A stretch of 25,587 nt of DNA from the NCBI GenBank assembly GCA_964407465.1, contig CAYOVR010000002.1, positions 1 through 25,587 on the forward strand, given 5' to 3'. The stretch is from an uncultured Candidatus Saccharibacteria bacterium. GTDB lineage: Bacteria; Patescibacteriota; Doudnabacteria; UBA920. Each line of letters starts with the position of its first letter. Within the stretch, counting starts at the first letter, position 1. Both the position numbers and the translations under genes were made by a program. Shown in pieces: positions 24,872-25,587 of the stretch. The notes below the pieces were generated by a model. The model was not told the DNA's origin. It saw only the letters and a program-made list of their open reading frames with translations, and did not search any database.

Positions 24872-25178
24872 CTTTGCGTCCTAATATTTCCTGGATAATT
24901 TTAGGGCTAAGATCTTTTTCTACTGCTAATCCGTATTCGAGTATTTCTTCTTTGGTTTTGACTTCTCTAAGAAGAAGACCAAGAGGAGTTGTTCTCATCC
25001 CCATACGTTCTATGCCTGTAACTGTAACCGTTTTATTTGGAGTACATCCTGGGCCTCTTAAAGTAATTTCGTCAAGAAGTTCTACAACACCAGATATAAC
25101 ATCTCCCGTTATTACTACTCCGCGATCTTTGATATCAAATGCTTGATCGATGCTAAATACAAATGGAGATTCAGACAC
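24849..25178 (-). CDS. stand-alone EF-Tu domain II-like beta-barrel protein
   Basis: PFVFSIDQAFDIKDRGVVITGDVISGVV..DEITLRG..TVTGIE..LGLLLRE aligns by eye with EF-Tu [48 protein letters not shown]. There is no G domain or domain III. Confidence 0.75.
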   Translation of the reverse strand: MSESPFVFSIDQAFDIKDRGVVITGDVISGVVELLDEITLRGPGCTPNKTVTVTGIERMGMRTTPLGLLLREVKTKEEILEYGLAVEKDLSPKIIQEILGRKDDKTQKT

Positions 25179-25365
25179 TTCTTAACCATTCCATATAAGA
25201 AGCATTAGCTTCAATTTGGCTATAGAATTTAAATATAGTTGTTTTAGGTATTACGCGAAATAGGGCGCTAAAACAATATGGTTCAAAGTCGGTGATTGCT
25301 GGTGTTGTGTCAAAATCATCTGTTGAATAATAGAACCCATGATTAGGGTCATAAGTATAATCCAT
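25171..25365 (-). CDS. hypothetical protein
   Basis: 64 aa; ATG lies 2 nt after the tRNA-Asn discriminator base. Confidence 0.55.
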   Translation of the reverse strand: MDYTYDPNHGFYYSTDDFDTTPAITDFEPYCFSALFRVIPKTTIFKFYSQIEANASYMEWLRSV

Positions 25366-25367
25366 AG

Positions 25368-25441
25368 CTCCCAGGGTTGGACTCGAACCAACGACCGGCG
25401 AGTTAACAGCTCGCAGCTCTTGCCGACTGAGCTACCTGGGA
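25368..25441 (-). tRNA. tRNA-Asn, anticodon GTT
   Basis: TCCCAGG-TA-GCTC AGTCGGCAA GAGC-T-GCGAG CTGTTAA CTCGC-CGGTC-GTTGG TTCGAGT CCAAC-CCTGGGA-G; discriminator G73; no encoded CCA. Confidence 0.93.
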
Positions 25442-25450
25442 AGGTATGAT

Positions 25451-25587
25451 TTAAAGAATTTTAGCTTCTTTAAGAAGAGCTTTTTCATCATCGTTAAGTC
25501 GGGAAAGTGGTTTATCAATCAACATATTAGCCTGAGCAAGTACCCATGCTTCACGTTTTGCTTGTTGTTCAGCTTTGCGCTCTTTAG
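25451..25587 (-). CDS. 3' end of a hypothetical protein (truncated by window edge)
   Basis: Open frame KERKAEQQAKREAWVLAQANMLIDKPLSRLNDDEKALLKEAKIL* with stop at 25453-25451. Confidence 0.6.
   Translation of the reverse strand, partial: KERKAEQQAKREAWVLAQANMLIDKPLSRLNDDEKALLKEAKIL

Noticed and set aside
1430-25146. All plus-strand ORFs in the track (e.g. 9131..9550, 18434..18763, 24829..25146)
   Set aside because: They lie antisense to well-supported minus-strand genes or a tRNA, are short, and show no recognisable motifs; treated as shadow ORFs.
1-25587. CRISPR arrays, transposases, integrase/att sites, rRNA, introns/inteins, Rho-independent terminators
   Set aside because: No regularly spaced repeats, no catalytic motifs for mobile elements, no interrupted genes, and no convincing GC stem followed by a U tract were seen by eye.

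Overview
This is an AT-rich, very tightly packed window in which every credible gene lies on the minus strand, many joined by ATGA/GTGA/TGATG overlaps. It carries two tRNA genes and many short orphan ORFs, and I see no housekeeping operon, integrase, transposase or CRISPR array. It most resembles an accessory/early region of a large tailed phage. A WhiB factor and an Rv0380c-like TrmH suggest an actinobacterial host (inference). The left ~12 kb holds the main signal, an apparently complete prokaryotic ubiquitin-like conjugation module. In transcription order it reads: long E2 (Prok-E2_D-like, with a C-terminal Zn ribbon), JAB/MPN+ peptidase, 12-Cys Zn-finger protein, ThiF-like E1, and a beta-grasp Ubl ending GEKG. 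Downstream come several orphans, a Ycf46/Cdc48-type AAA+ ATPase and two more E2_D-like paralogues, one of them missed by the ORF track because it runs off the window edge. The right half is rich in RNA/translation functions: RNase HI, SpoU/TrmH methyltransferase, T4-like polynucleotide kinase/phosphatase next to an apparently degenerate RNA ligase, an SF2 helicase, a Zn deaminase, a stand-alone EF-Tu domain II protein, tRNA-Asn(GTT) and an unusual tRNA-Ile(TAT). All family calls come from motifs recognised by eye; no database search was run.
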